From an uncultured Candidatus Saccharibacteria bacterium (GTDB lineage Bacteria; Patescibacteriota; WWE3; UBA101185; UBA10185), in contig CAZTQT010000005.1 of NCBI GenBank assembly GCA_964615625.1, positions 1-54,829 on the forward strand: a stretch of 54,829 nt of DNA, read 5' to 3'. This document shows positions 9,158 through 17,193 of the stretch, piece after piece. The notes beneath the pieces were generated by a model. It made no database searches and had not been told where the DNA came from. It worked only from the letters and a program-made list of their open reading frames with translations. Position numbers and translations under genes: made by a program. How positions within the stretch are numbered: the stretch's first letter is position 1; every line of letters begins with the position of its first letter.

Positions 9158-10249
9158 CTATTTGATAAATCTAATCTGTAAATTCAGATTAAATCTCAAA
9201 GAGTTGTCGGAATTATATACATTTCCAAACCCATACCTACTTGTAGAAGGAGTATCGAATTTTGTGTTATTGAACAGGTAATTCTCAAACTCATTCACAT
9301 TGTATATGTGATAACAGACCAGGTCACCGTCATCTTTCACTATTATGTAGCCTCCCGATGCCCAATAATCACCTTCCCAAGCTTTAGCAGGGGTCATCCC
9401 TAGTGCAACAGCAACCAGGAAACGTTTAATTTTATATACATACAATTTGTGCGTATCTGTATGAAAATTCAAAGGATTTTCCTGTTCCAAAAGGGCAACT
9501 AAATCCTTAACTGTAGAAGCTCTGCCAGAGTAGTAATAGAGCACCATATTTGAAATTATTTCGGGTAAACGTGAATCTATCATTCCTAAATTAAGGGTGA
9601 ATATCTCGTTACCTGTAGAAACAAACTCAAAATTATAACCTTGTTCGATTAAACTAGCTATTTTGTCTCTTATTCTTAAACTCTCGTCACCAACATCGTA
9701 ACCTACATCAGATGATTCTCTTACACTATGTTTTTCACTATTGAGATTGTATTCAAAATTTGTAGCATTCCCTGCATTAAGTAAAGTAGAAGCACCTCCC
9801 AATTGAGATTTAATACTAAAACCTAAAGTAGGAGTTAGTCCTGTTCTAAAATCATGAATTATTAAATTGATATCTTCTTTCTTATTTGAATTTGCCTTTA
9901 GTTTTTTTACATGAATAGTTTTCAAGAATTCCTCTACGTCTGCTACGCCAAATGTTCTGCCTTTTATAGCATCGCTTTTTATAGTTTTCAAAACCTTTTC
10001 TGCATTCATTTGGAAAGTATCGAAGGGTATTTCACCTAACACTTTTGAATTATCTCCATCAATAATTTTTACTAAACCTTCCCTTCTATACTCCAAATCT
10101 CTTTCTTCCTTCCTTAAAATACTAATAATCGGGTAATAAATGTCTTTAACTCGTTCCAGGTTTTCGTTTGCAGCATATAATTCACCAGCTCCTAATAGCT
10201 TTAAGAAAGTATAAATTTCACTCCATTCGCCTATATTACCTGTCATCAT
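9158..10249 (-). CDS. Type II restriction endonuclease, HpaII family
   Basis: N-terminus GNIGEWSEIYTFLKLL, GFSIKSQLGGASTLLNA, and C-terminal KFDTPSTSRYGFG...LNLQIRF. Overlaps the MTase gene by 14 nt. Confidence 0.85.
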   Translation of the reverse strand: MMTGNIGEWSEIYTFLKLLGAGELYAANENLERVKDIYYPIISILRKEERDLEYRREGLVKIIDGDNSKVLGEIPFDTFQMNAEKVLKTIKSDAIKGRTFGVADVEEFLKTIHVKKLKANSNKKEDINLIIHDFRTGLTPTLGFSIKSQLGGASTLLNAGNATNFEYNLNSEKHSVRESSDVGYDVGDESLRIRDKIASLIEQGYNFEFVSTGNEIFTLNLGMIDSRLPEIISNMVLYYYSGRASTVKDLVALLEQENPLNFHTDTHKLYVYKIKRFLVAVALGMTPAKAWEGDYWASGGYIIVKDDGDLVCYHIYNVNEFENYLFNNTKFDTPSTSRYGFGNVYNSDNSLRFNLNLQIRFIK

Positions 10250-11252
10250 AAAGTTTATCTCCTAAAATTTTTACTATTTCCTCTGCAGTGGCCTGTATTG
10301 CGGGTACAGCAACAGAATTGCCAAATTGTTTATATGCTTGTGCATCAGATACAGGTATCTTGAAAGAATCAGGAAATCCCTGCAACCTTGCCCATTCCCT
10401 AGGAGTCATCTTTCTAATTCCCTCTCTATTAACCTCACCCTTAATATTTGTTATTGGTACAAAATTTTCAAGTCTAGTATCTATAATCAAGTTTCTCTCC
10501 CTGCCCATACCCCCTACAACTACAGCATTAGCAATATCATCTAGGTCTTTTATTTCATAACCAAAACCATTACCTTTACTTTCATGCCTTTTCTTATGTT
10601 CTCTTAGGGACTCTAGATAAACATCAGATAGATAATACTTCACGGATACGGGTTCTTCCTCAACTATATCTTTAATGGAAACATTAATATTTCTTGGTTT
10701 AGGATACTCAAAAGAATCAATCCCCAGGTCCTTCCTAAAACCAATGATAAAAACTCTTTCTCTGTTTTGAGGAACACCATAATCCTTAGCGTTTACTATT
10801 TGGGGTTCTGGCACATAGTAATCCAGGTCTTCTCGCAATACGTTTAGAATTGTTTTTAGAGTCCTGCCTCTGTCATGATTGGTTAATCCTTTTACATTCT
10901 CTAGAAACACTACTTTAGGTCTCTTGTGTTTAATTATTCTAGCTACTTCAAAAAACAAAGTACCTCGAGTGTCTTCAAAACCCCCTCTTTTACCTGCAAT
11001 TGAGAAGGCTTGGCAAGGAAACCCCGCTAGCAAAATTTCATGGTCTGGAACATCTTGTTCCTTTATTTGTCTTATATCACCGAAGGGAGTTTCACCAAAA
11101 TTGGCATGGTAAGTCTGCTGACTATATTTATCCCATTCAGAGGACATTACTGATTCACCACCAACATTCTCAAAAGCCATTCTGATACCACCGATACCAG
11201 CAAAAAGGTCTATTACTCTGAATTTTTTAATGTCATTAACCATTATTTCCAT
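10236..11252 (-). CDS. DNA (cytosine-5) methyltransferase, cognate of the endonuclease
   Basis: DLFAGIGG (motif I), GFPCQ (IV), LENV (VI), QNRER (VIII), QFGNSV (X). Confidence 0.97.
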   Translation of the reverse strand: MEIMVNDIKKFRVIDLFAGIGGIRMAFENVGGESVMSSEWDKYSQQTYHANFGETPFGDIRQIKEQDVPDHEILLAGFPCQAFSIAGKRGGFEDTRGTLFFEVARIIKHKRPKVVFLENVKGLTNHDRGRTLKTILNVLREDLDYYVPEPQIVNAKDYGVPQNRERVFIIGFRKDLGIDSFEYPKPRNINVSIKDIVEEEPVSVKYYLSDVYLESLREHKKRHESKGNGFGYEIKDLDDIANAVVVGGMGRERNLIIDTRLENFVPITNIKGEVNREGIRKMTPREWARLQGFPDSFKIPVSDAQAYKQFGNSVAVPAIQATAEEIVKILGDKLYDDR

Positions 11253-11287
11253 TATACATTGGTCAATAACAATACATAAAGGTATTA

Positions 11288-11365
11288 TTAGACTAAACTA
11301 GGTATAGAAACTGTAGCAGGACAAGTCATAAAATAGTTACAAACTTCGTCCACTATGCTCGACCA
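11288..11365 (-). other. Detached C-terminal coding segment of the recombinase (rejoined on excision)
   Basis: Reads in frame from the shared TGG TCG core as WS-SIVDEVCNYFMTCPATVSIPSLV*. It has no start codon of its own. Confidence 0.6.
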
Positions 11366-11561
11366 ATGAATTTTGGCTACCGATGTAATTGGTAGACAAA
11401 ATTTATTAGTGGGTGGTAAGGAGTTAACCTAGGCTTTAGCCGTGGTTCCACTTTTGATGCTATAGTGCGGAGCACTATGGCTCAAATGCAAGCTTTGCTT
11501 TGTCCGCCCACCCCGACCAATGAATTTTGGCTACCGATGTAATTGGTAGACAAAATTTATT
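11360..11561 (+). repeat. 48-bp perfect direct repeat (11360-11407, 11514-11561) flanking a structured mini-element with an 18-bp tRNA-Pro 3' copy
   Basis: CGACCAATGAATTTTGGCTACCGATGTAATTGGTAGACAAAATTTATT occurs twice and is itself a hairpin. GTCCGCCCACCCCGACCA at 11502-11519 equals 173-190. Confidence 0.95.
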
Positions 11562-11569
11562 TAACAACA

Positions 11570-12019
11570 ATGACAAAGCCAATAAGAAACAATTTGATAA
11601 TCGAATTGCATATTCCAGATCTTAAAGTGGCTGAAAATTTTTATTCCAAGCTAGGCTTCTCAACCAACATATACGATAAACCAAATGAGGAGGAATTGGG
11701 ATATATGACAATGACTCTAGAAAGTACCTTAGGTAATACAATGCTTAATTTTTATGGCGGAGATGATAGAGTTTATAACCAATCCTACTTTAAACAGTTT
11801 CCAAAAGATACAAAAAGAGGATATGCAACTGGAATTACAATACCAGTAGATAACATAGAGAGTATCTACGATCTAGCAAAAACCAATCTTTCAAATTATA
11901 TTGTTCGTGAACTGGAGGAACTTCAGGATCGTAATTTCAGCTGGAAAGATTTCCGCATAGTGGATCCTTTTGGTTTTTATATTAAATTTACTGAACTTGT
12001 AGATTGGGGACAAGATTAA
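11570..12019 (+). CDS. VOC/glyoxalase-family protein
   Basis: ELHIPDLKVAENFYSKLGF and WKDFRIVDPFGF motifs. ATG 11570 preferred over the track start 11543. Confidence 0.8.
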   Translation: MTKPIRNNLIIELHIPDLKVAENFYSKLGFSTNIYDKPNEEELGYMTMTLESTLGNTMLNFYGGDDRVYNQSYFKQFPKDTKRGYATGITIPVDNIESIYDLAKTNLSNYIVRELEELQDRNFSWKDFRIVDPFGFYIKFTELVDWGQD

Positions 12020-12117
12020 GTTTATTCAAATACTTGGATATTAATAAACTTAGATAGTAAAATTTAAATATAATTAATTTTTAACGGCTTATGTGTTCAG
12101 CCGCATGAGGGGTAAAA

Positions 12118-13287
12118 ATGGAGAATAATCAAACTTCATCAAATATTAGCAACATAGTAGAATCTAACAACCAATTTGCTTTAGATTATTATTTTCAATT
12201 AAAAAATAAGGAAAGTGGAAACGTTTTTTTATCTCCTTTCAGTATTTATAGTATTTTAGCTATGGCTTATGAAGGAGCAAGAGGGCAGACAGCTGAGGAA
12301 ATGAGATCATTACTGCACCTTCCAACAGATGATAGTTTAAGAAGATCTGAGTATGCAACAACAGTTGAAGGTTTAAACAACGATGATAAAAAATATAAAA
12401 TCAGTATTGCTAACGCACTTTGGGCTCAACAAGATTATAAGTTTCTAGATGAATATCTTAATATAGTAGAAAATTTTTATGGTGGAAAAGCCAATAACCT
12501 TGATTTCAAAAAAGACCCGGAAGGCTCTAGAACAACTATAAATAACTGGATAGAAGAACAAACAAACGACAAAATCAAGGATTTAATACCTTTTGGGATA
12601 ATTGATGGATCAACAAGACTTATACTTACAAACGCAATTTATTTTAAAGGTGAATGGGTAAGACAATTCAATGCAGAAGAAACAAGAAATGAAAATTTTA
12701 GAATAAATGCAAACGAATCTATTGATGTCCAAATGATGAGACGTGTTGATGAGGATGCTAAATTTAATTACACCGAAAACGATGATTTACAGATTCTTGA
12801 AATGCCTTATTCAGGCGAAGAACTATCTATGCTAATCCTTCTTCCGAAAAATGATGATCTAGAAACATTAGAAAATTTACTCAGTACAAAAAAACTATCA
12901 GAGTGGAAACAAAATCTAGAAAACCAGCATGTTGTGGTATCTATTCCAAAATTCAAATTTGAGACTAAATACTTTATGGCTAAAGATCTTAAAGCAATGG
13001 GAGTACCTACAGCGTTTGATTGGCCAGGAGCTAATTTTTCTGGAATGGACGGTGCGGAGGAGTTGTTTATCGGAGAGGTTATTCACCAAGCACTTGTTGA
13101 GGTAACTGAAGAAGGAACCGAAGCGGCAGCGGCAACTACAGTAGTTTCATTGAAGGGATCTATGAGAAGTAATAATACCCATACAATCCCTGTTTTCCGT
13201 GCGAATCATCCCTTTATATTTCTAATTCAAGAAAAAACTAATGGGAATATTTTATTTATGGGAAGGGTTGTTAACCCAACCCTATAA
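12118..13287 (+). CDS. Serpin-family protease inhibitor
   Basis: NVFLSPFSI, NAIYFKGEW, hinge EEGTEAAAAT, FRANHPFIFLI, ILFMGRV. GAGGGG RBS. Confidence 0.95.
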   Translation: MENNQTSSNISNIVESNNQFALDYYFQLKNKESGNVFLSPFSIYSILAMAYEGARGQTAEEMRSLLHLPTDDSLRRSEYATTVEGLNNDDKKYKISIANALWAQQDYKFLDEYLNIVENFYGGKANNLDFKKDPEGSRTTINNWIEEQTNDKIKDLIPFGIIDGSTRLILTNAIYFKGEWVRQFNAEETRNENFRINANESIDVQMMRRVDEDAKFNYTENDDLQILEMPYSGEELSMLILLPKNDDLETLENLLSTKKLSEWKQNLENQHVVVSIPKFKFETKYFMAKDLKAMGVPTAFDWPGANFSGMDGAEELFIGEVIHQALVEVTEEGTEAAAATTVVSLKGSMRSNNTHTIPVFRANHPFIFLIQEKTNGNILFMGRVVNPTL

Positions 13288-13359
13288 AATCTATTAGGAA
13301 AACATTTGGTACGTCAATTACGACTCCTTAGTAAAATTTAATTCTAAACTGTGAAACAA

Positions 13360-14277
13360 TCAGTCGTAGAAACACTCACCATATATTTCTTCAGGTACTT
13401 GATTTTCTTCCATCAAGTCACAACGCGGATAATCCTGCCCAGAATAAATTTCAACCCATTTACCATCTACTAATTTAGCAATTACAAAGTGACCTGTACG
13501 CCTATAATTAACATTTATTAAGGCGTAATCATCAACTTTTTTACTAACAGATATAGTTGCGTCTTTGATATCTAAATCTTTCAGGTATTGGGATTGTTCA
13601 GTGTAATTGTTATCGTATGACTCAGTACATGTAAAAGAAAAACTGTTGTAAAACGGCTCTGTTTCTGAAAAAGCTACACAATCAGGATTTGCTCTAAAAA
13701 CACATTTAGAGATGCCTTTTTCATACGCTTGGATATAATCATAAAGATGTGGATCTTCCAATGACTTGGATGAGTTTTTGTAGTTTAAGACATAATCATA
13801 AGACTCCATTATTTCCTTTATATCTGTTGATAATGTAGATACTATTTTGCTAAATAAGGTATCATCGGAAGAAGAAAAGTTATTACAATCATAATTTTTA
13901 TAAACTAACCCTGTTTCCTTATCATTCATAATGTTTAAACCATCGTCCCCAACCCACCAAACAGAAGCCTCGGTATCCAACAAAACGTCACCTTGGTAAA
14001 TATTAGAAACATTGTTAAAACTCTTCTCTATATCAGCACCAAATTCATATTTTTCAGTGAAAATAGAGGTAGGTGATTTTACAGACGTAGACGAATCACC
14101 ATATTTTATATTTTCTATCCCACCAGAATCACTCAAAGATTTTTTATTTTGAAAACAACAGTACACCAGTGTTGCAAAAAACATTAACAAAGAAATTGCT
14201 AAAAGTATTAAAAGAGCCAAATTAAGCTTGTTTTGATTTTTAACACTATTTTCCCGTTTTTTATCTGTTTTATTCAT
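13360..14277 (-). CDS. Membrane-anchored Cys-containing surface protein, unknown function
   Basis: N-terminal TM helix and several Cys in the extracytoplasmic part. Confidence 0.7.
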   Translation of the reverse strand: MNKTDKKRENSVKNQNKLNLALLILLAISLLMFFATLVYCCFQNKKSLSDSGGIENIKYGDSSTSVKSPTSIFTEKYEFGADIEKSFNNVSNIYQGDVLLDTEASVWWVGDDGLNIMNDKETGLVYKNYDCNNFSSSDDTLFSKIVSTLSTDIKEIMESYDYVLNYKNSSKSLEDPHLYDYIQAYEKGISKCVFRANPDCVAFSETEPFYNSFSFTCTESYDNNYTEQSQYLKDLDIKDATISVSKKVDDYALINVNYRRTGHFVIAKLVDGKWVEIYSGQDYPRCDLMEENQVPEEIYGECFYD

Positions 14278-14464
14278 GTTTTACCCTTTAAATAACTTAA
14301 AAAAACCTGCTTTTATAGTAACATATTTGTTATTAAGAAAACCCTGTATAACAATGGAAGATTGGATGGGATACATTCAAAAAGAAAAAATAAAGTCCTC
14401 CCAACCACAGTAGAATTGTCATCTTGTAAGCTAGGTGTCTCTCTGATAATCTATACCTCAAGAT

Positions 14465-15289
14465 ATGGTGAATAACTCATCAAGTAACTACTTTTACAAA
14501 AACGGTAAGAGGATAATAAAAAAGAAGATTCCAAAACAAATTGTTGTAGAAGATATTGATCATATTAGCTCCCTAATCACGGAAGAAGAAAAGTTCACTA
14601 TTGCCCAGCCTGAAATTAAAAAACCTTGGATAAAAACAAAAACTGAAAGAGTAAAAGGTGTAATTTCAAAAATCCAAAATGATAAGAGATCTAACATGGC
14701 TAAAATTAGAGCAGGAGTAACTGGTATATGGGCATCAGCATCAGTTCTAGCCATTTTTACATTTTTAACTTCTTTCATGGTTACGCCCCAAAAAGCAAAA
14801 CCTCAAGATACAAGAAGGTACTCTATATACTCATCTAAACCTTTAACACTGCAAACTGCCACGACATCAATATATTCAAAAGATTCAAGAGCTCAGAAAA
14901 TAAATGCTGTTTATAAAAAATATAATTGTCCGTTAGAAGGTATGGGTGATGTTTTGGTCTATGAAGCTGACAAAAATAATATACCTTGGTGGTTAGTAGC
15001 TGCAGTATCTTTCCAAGAATCAGGATGTGGAAAAGTGACACCAAAAGTAGGAGGTAAGGAATCGTACAACGCGTGGGGTTGGGGAGTGTATGGGAATGTT
15101 GTTGTTACATTTGAAAACTGGGTAAGAGGTATAGAAAGGGTATCAAAATATTTTTCTGACAAGTTCTATTCGAAAGGAGTAGAAGATTTGTGTATAATAA
15201 TGAATACGTACACACCACCTTCAAATGGTTCTTGGTGTAACGGTGTAAAATACTTTGGAGATATGATACAAAACTACGAAACTAAATAA
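14465..15289 (+). CDS. Membrane-anchored lysozyme-fold peptidoglycan hydrolase (glucosaminidase/transglycosylase-like)
   Basis: TM helix, then AAVSFQESGCGK and YNAWGWG motifs. Confidence 0.75.
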   Translation: MVNNSSSNYFYKNGKRIIKKKIPKQIVVEDIDHISSLITEEEKFTIAQPEIKKPWIKTKTERVKGVISKIQNDKRSNMAKIRAGVTGIWASASVLAIFTFLTSFMVTPQKAKPQDTRRYSIYSSKPLTLQTATTSIYSKDSRAQKINAVYKKYNCPLEGMGDVLVYEADKNNIPWWLVAAVSFQESGCGKVTPKVGGKESYNAWGWGVYGNVVVTFENWVRGIERVSKYFSDKFYSKGVEDLCIIMNTYTPPSNGSWCNGVKYFGDMIQNYETK

Positions 15290-15379
15290 ACTGCTCTTTG
15301 GTTTCCCCTATTTAATCCTATGAAACATATCCTATAGCGTTTGCATAAATAGTGAAAAAATGTTAAAATTTTCCCTCGT

Positions 15380-15946
15380 ATGGTCAAAAAACTATCTAAA
15401 ATACAATTTAATTTCTTGCCGGCTATTTTGCTTTTTGTTGGTTTTACAACATTCCTTGGATCTGTAGAGAAAAAACCAACAAAAATGAGGTCTGAATCTA
15501 TAGTAAAAAAGGATGTATCTAAAAAAGAAGAGAAGGTGGAGGCTTTAGAAAAGTTCTTAGAGAGCCAAAAATCTCCTCTTGCCAAGAATGCTCGTACATT
15601 TGTAGATGTAGCCGAAAAATATAATCTAGATTATAGACTTTTACCTGCTATTGCATGCTTAGAGTCTTCTTGCGGTAAAAGGATTATTCCTGGATCTTAT
15701 AACCCATTTGGGTGGGGTATATATGGAAAAAATGCCATTTACTTTAGGTCTTACGATGAGGCTATTGAGATTGTTGGTAAGGGTATAAAAGATAAATATG
15801 TTTCAAAAGGACTAGATACACCTGAAAAAATAGCCCCTGTTTATACTCCTCCTAATCCAGTAGGGTGGAGAAATGGGGTCAATTTCTTTATAAGTAAAAT
15901 AGATGGCCCTGTTACAAAAGATCAGACCACGCTTTTTTCTTGTTAA
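15380..15946 (+). CDS. Second lysozyme-fold hydrolase paralogue
   Basis: Signal or TM segment, then PAIACLESSCGK, YNPFGWG and YTPP, matching the upstream gene. Confidence 0.75.
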   Translation: MVKKLSKIQFNFLPAILLFVGFTTFLGSVEKKPTKMRSESIVKKDVSKKEEKVEALEKFLESQKSPLAKNARTFVDVAEKYNLDYRLLPAIACLESSCGKRIIPGSYNPFGWGIYGKNAIYFRSYDEAIEIVGKGIKDKYVSKGLDTPEKIAPVYTPPNPVGWRNGVNFFISKIDGPVTKDQTTLFSC

Positions 15947-15960
15947 GACGCTAACGGGAG

Positions 15961-16155
15961 TTTGCTGGTGGGCGAGAGAGGACTCGGTCACAAGTCCACG
16001 TATCTCTACGTCACTCCGTTCCTAGAGCTTCGTGGCTCGCGACCCCCTCTCGCTCGCCTTCGGCTCACTGCGAATTATTCTCGTCCTCTCTCATAAGCGA
16101 AAAATATATCGGCATAAAGCCGACACATTTTTGCTGGTGGGCGAGAGAGGACTCG
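15961..16155 (-). repeat. 26-bp direct repeat of the tRNA-Leu 3' end enclosing a 143-bp structured mini-element
   Basis: TTTGCTGGTGGGCGAGAGAGGACTCG at 15961-15986 and 16130-16155. Confidence 0.92.
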
Positions 16156-16217
16156 AACCTCCACCCTTGCGGACACGGTCCTAAGCCGTGCGCGTATGCC
16201 AATTCCGCCACTCGCCC
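16135..16217 (-). tRNA. tRNA-Leu(TAG)
   Basis: 83 nt: acceptor GGGCGAG/CTCGCCC, anticodon arm CACGG-CTTAGGA-CCGTG, long variable arm, encoded CCA. Confidence 0.97.
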
Positions 16218-16360
16218 TTAAACTTCAACTTTTGAGTAACTTAGATTATATACTAACTGAGAAAATGATAAAAATTTCACAAACAACTTACCAAATCCTT
16301 ATACATAAATATTCAAACTATCTCAGCAAAAACTCAGAAAACTATATATAATTGTGCCCA

Positions 16361-17052
16361 ATGAGAATACTGATTGTAGAAGATGAACATAAAATCGCCG
16401 ATTCTATAAAACAAGGTCTTGAACAAGAAAATTTTGCTGTTGACGTTTCATATGACGGATCAGATGGTTATGACATGGCGTTATCTGAAGAATATGATTT
16501 GATAATCCTTGATCTCATGTTACCAAAAATGAACGGGCTTGAAATATGCGAAAAATTGAGAGCAGAAAATAACCACACACCAATACTAATGCTTACCGCT
16601 CTAAATGAAATTGAAGATAAGGTAAGTGGTTTGACAAGTGGGGCAGACGATTATCTGACAAAACCTTTTGCTTTTACTGAACTTCTTGCACGTATCCGAG
16701 CTCTTCTTAGGAGACCAAAGATTATGTTACCGGATGAGATAGTGTGCGGCGATCTTTATATAAATACTAAAAACTTTAAGGTTACACGAGCAGGAAAAGA
16801 TATTAACCTCTCCAAAAAAGAATTTTCCCTTCTTGAGTACTTAGCAAGAAACAAAAATAAGATTGTTACAAAGGATCAAATTATAAGTCATGTTTGGGAT
16901 TATGATTCCGATGTACTTCCAAATACAGTGGAGGTATACATTGGTTATCTAAGAAATAAAATCGATGCTCCCTTTAAGGGAAAAACAAGTTTATAAATAC
17001 TGTTAGAGGATTCGGGTACATATTTAAATATGAGGAGAAAAATAGTGTTTAA
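16361..17052 (+). pseudogene. OmpR-family response regulator, frameshifted near the C-terminus
   Basis: MRILIVEDE...DLIILDLMLP...DDYLTKPF receiver and winged-helix domain. The zero frame stops at 16996 and the conserved TVRGFGY is in the -1 frame, ending at 17052. Confidence 0.8.
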
Positions 17053-17098
17053 ATCAGCAAGAATAAAATTAACTACATACTATCTATTTTCATTATGA
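17030..17098 (+). pseudogene. N-terminal remnant of the cognate sensor kinase
   Basis: MRRKIVFKSARIKLTTYYLFSL* overlaps the regulator end and resembles the basic lead-in to a sensor kinase first TM helix. No kinase domain follows. Confidence 0.5.
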
Positions 17099-17193
17099 AT
17101 ATTGAACAATTGTTGAAAATCGAAAATGATCAAATAATTTTATAAAACAGCCCTCTTCACACACAATCACCAAAAATGTTTTAAAATAACCTT

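Larger units (their letters stand above)
185..11365. mobile_element. Serine-recombinase genomic island integrated at the tRNA-Pro 3' end, with defence cargo
   Basis: The recombinase abuts the tRNA. Core CGACCA occurs at 185-190 and 11360-11365, and an 18-bp tRNA 3' copy at 11502-11519 is the alternative right end. Cargo (R-M, nucleases) is unlike the flanking genes. Confidence 0.85.

Noticed and set aside
9158-11252. CCGG avoidance as a signature of the HpaII-like system
   Set aside because: I saw more than 20 CCGG sites by eye across the window, so there is no obvious depletion. Specificity is inferred from family only and a formal count is needed.
185-11365. Complete prophage
   Set aside because: No capsid, portal, tail, large terminase or lysis genes recognised.
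11475-11501. AKLAFE in the alternative excision tail also occurs inside the recombinase (near 400-425)
   Set aside because: The codons differ at most third positions and the flanks do not align. Treated as coincidence.
11360-11561. CRISPR array or integron attC interpretation of the 48-bp palindromic repeat
   Set aside because: Only two copies, a 106-bp structured spacer containing tRNA sequence, no cas or intI gene, and no GTTRRRY core.
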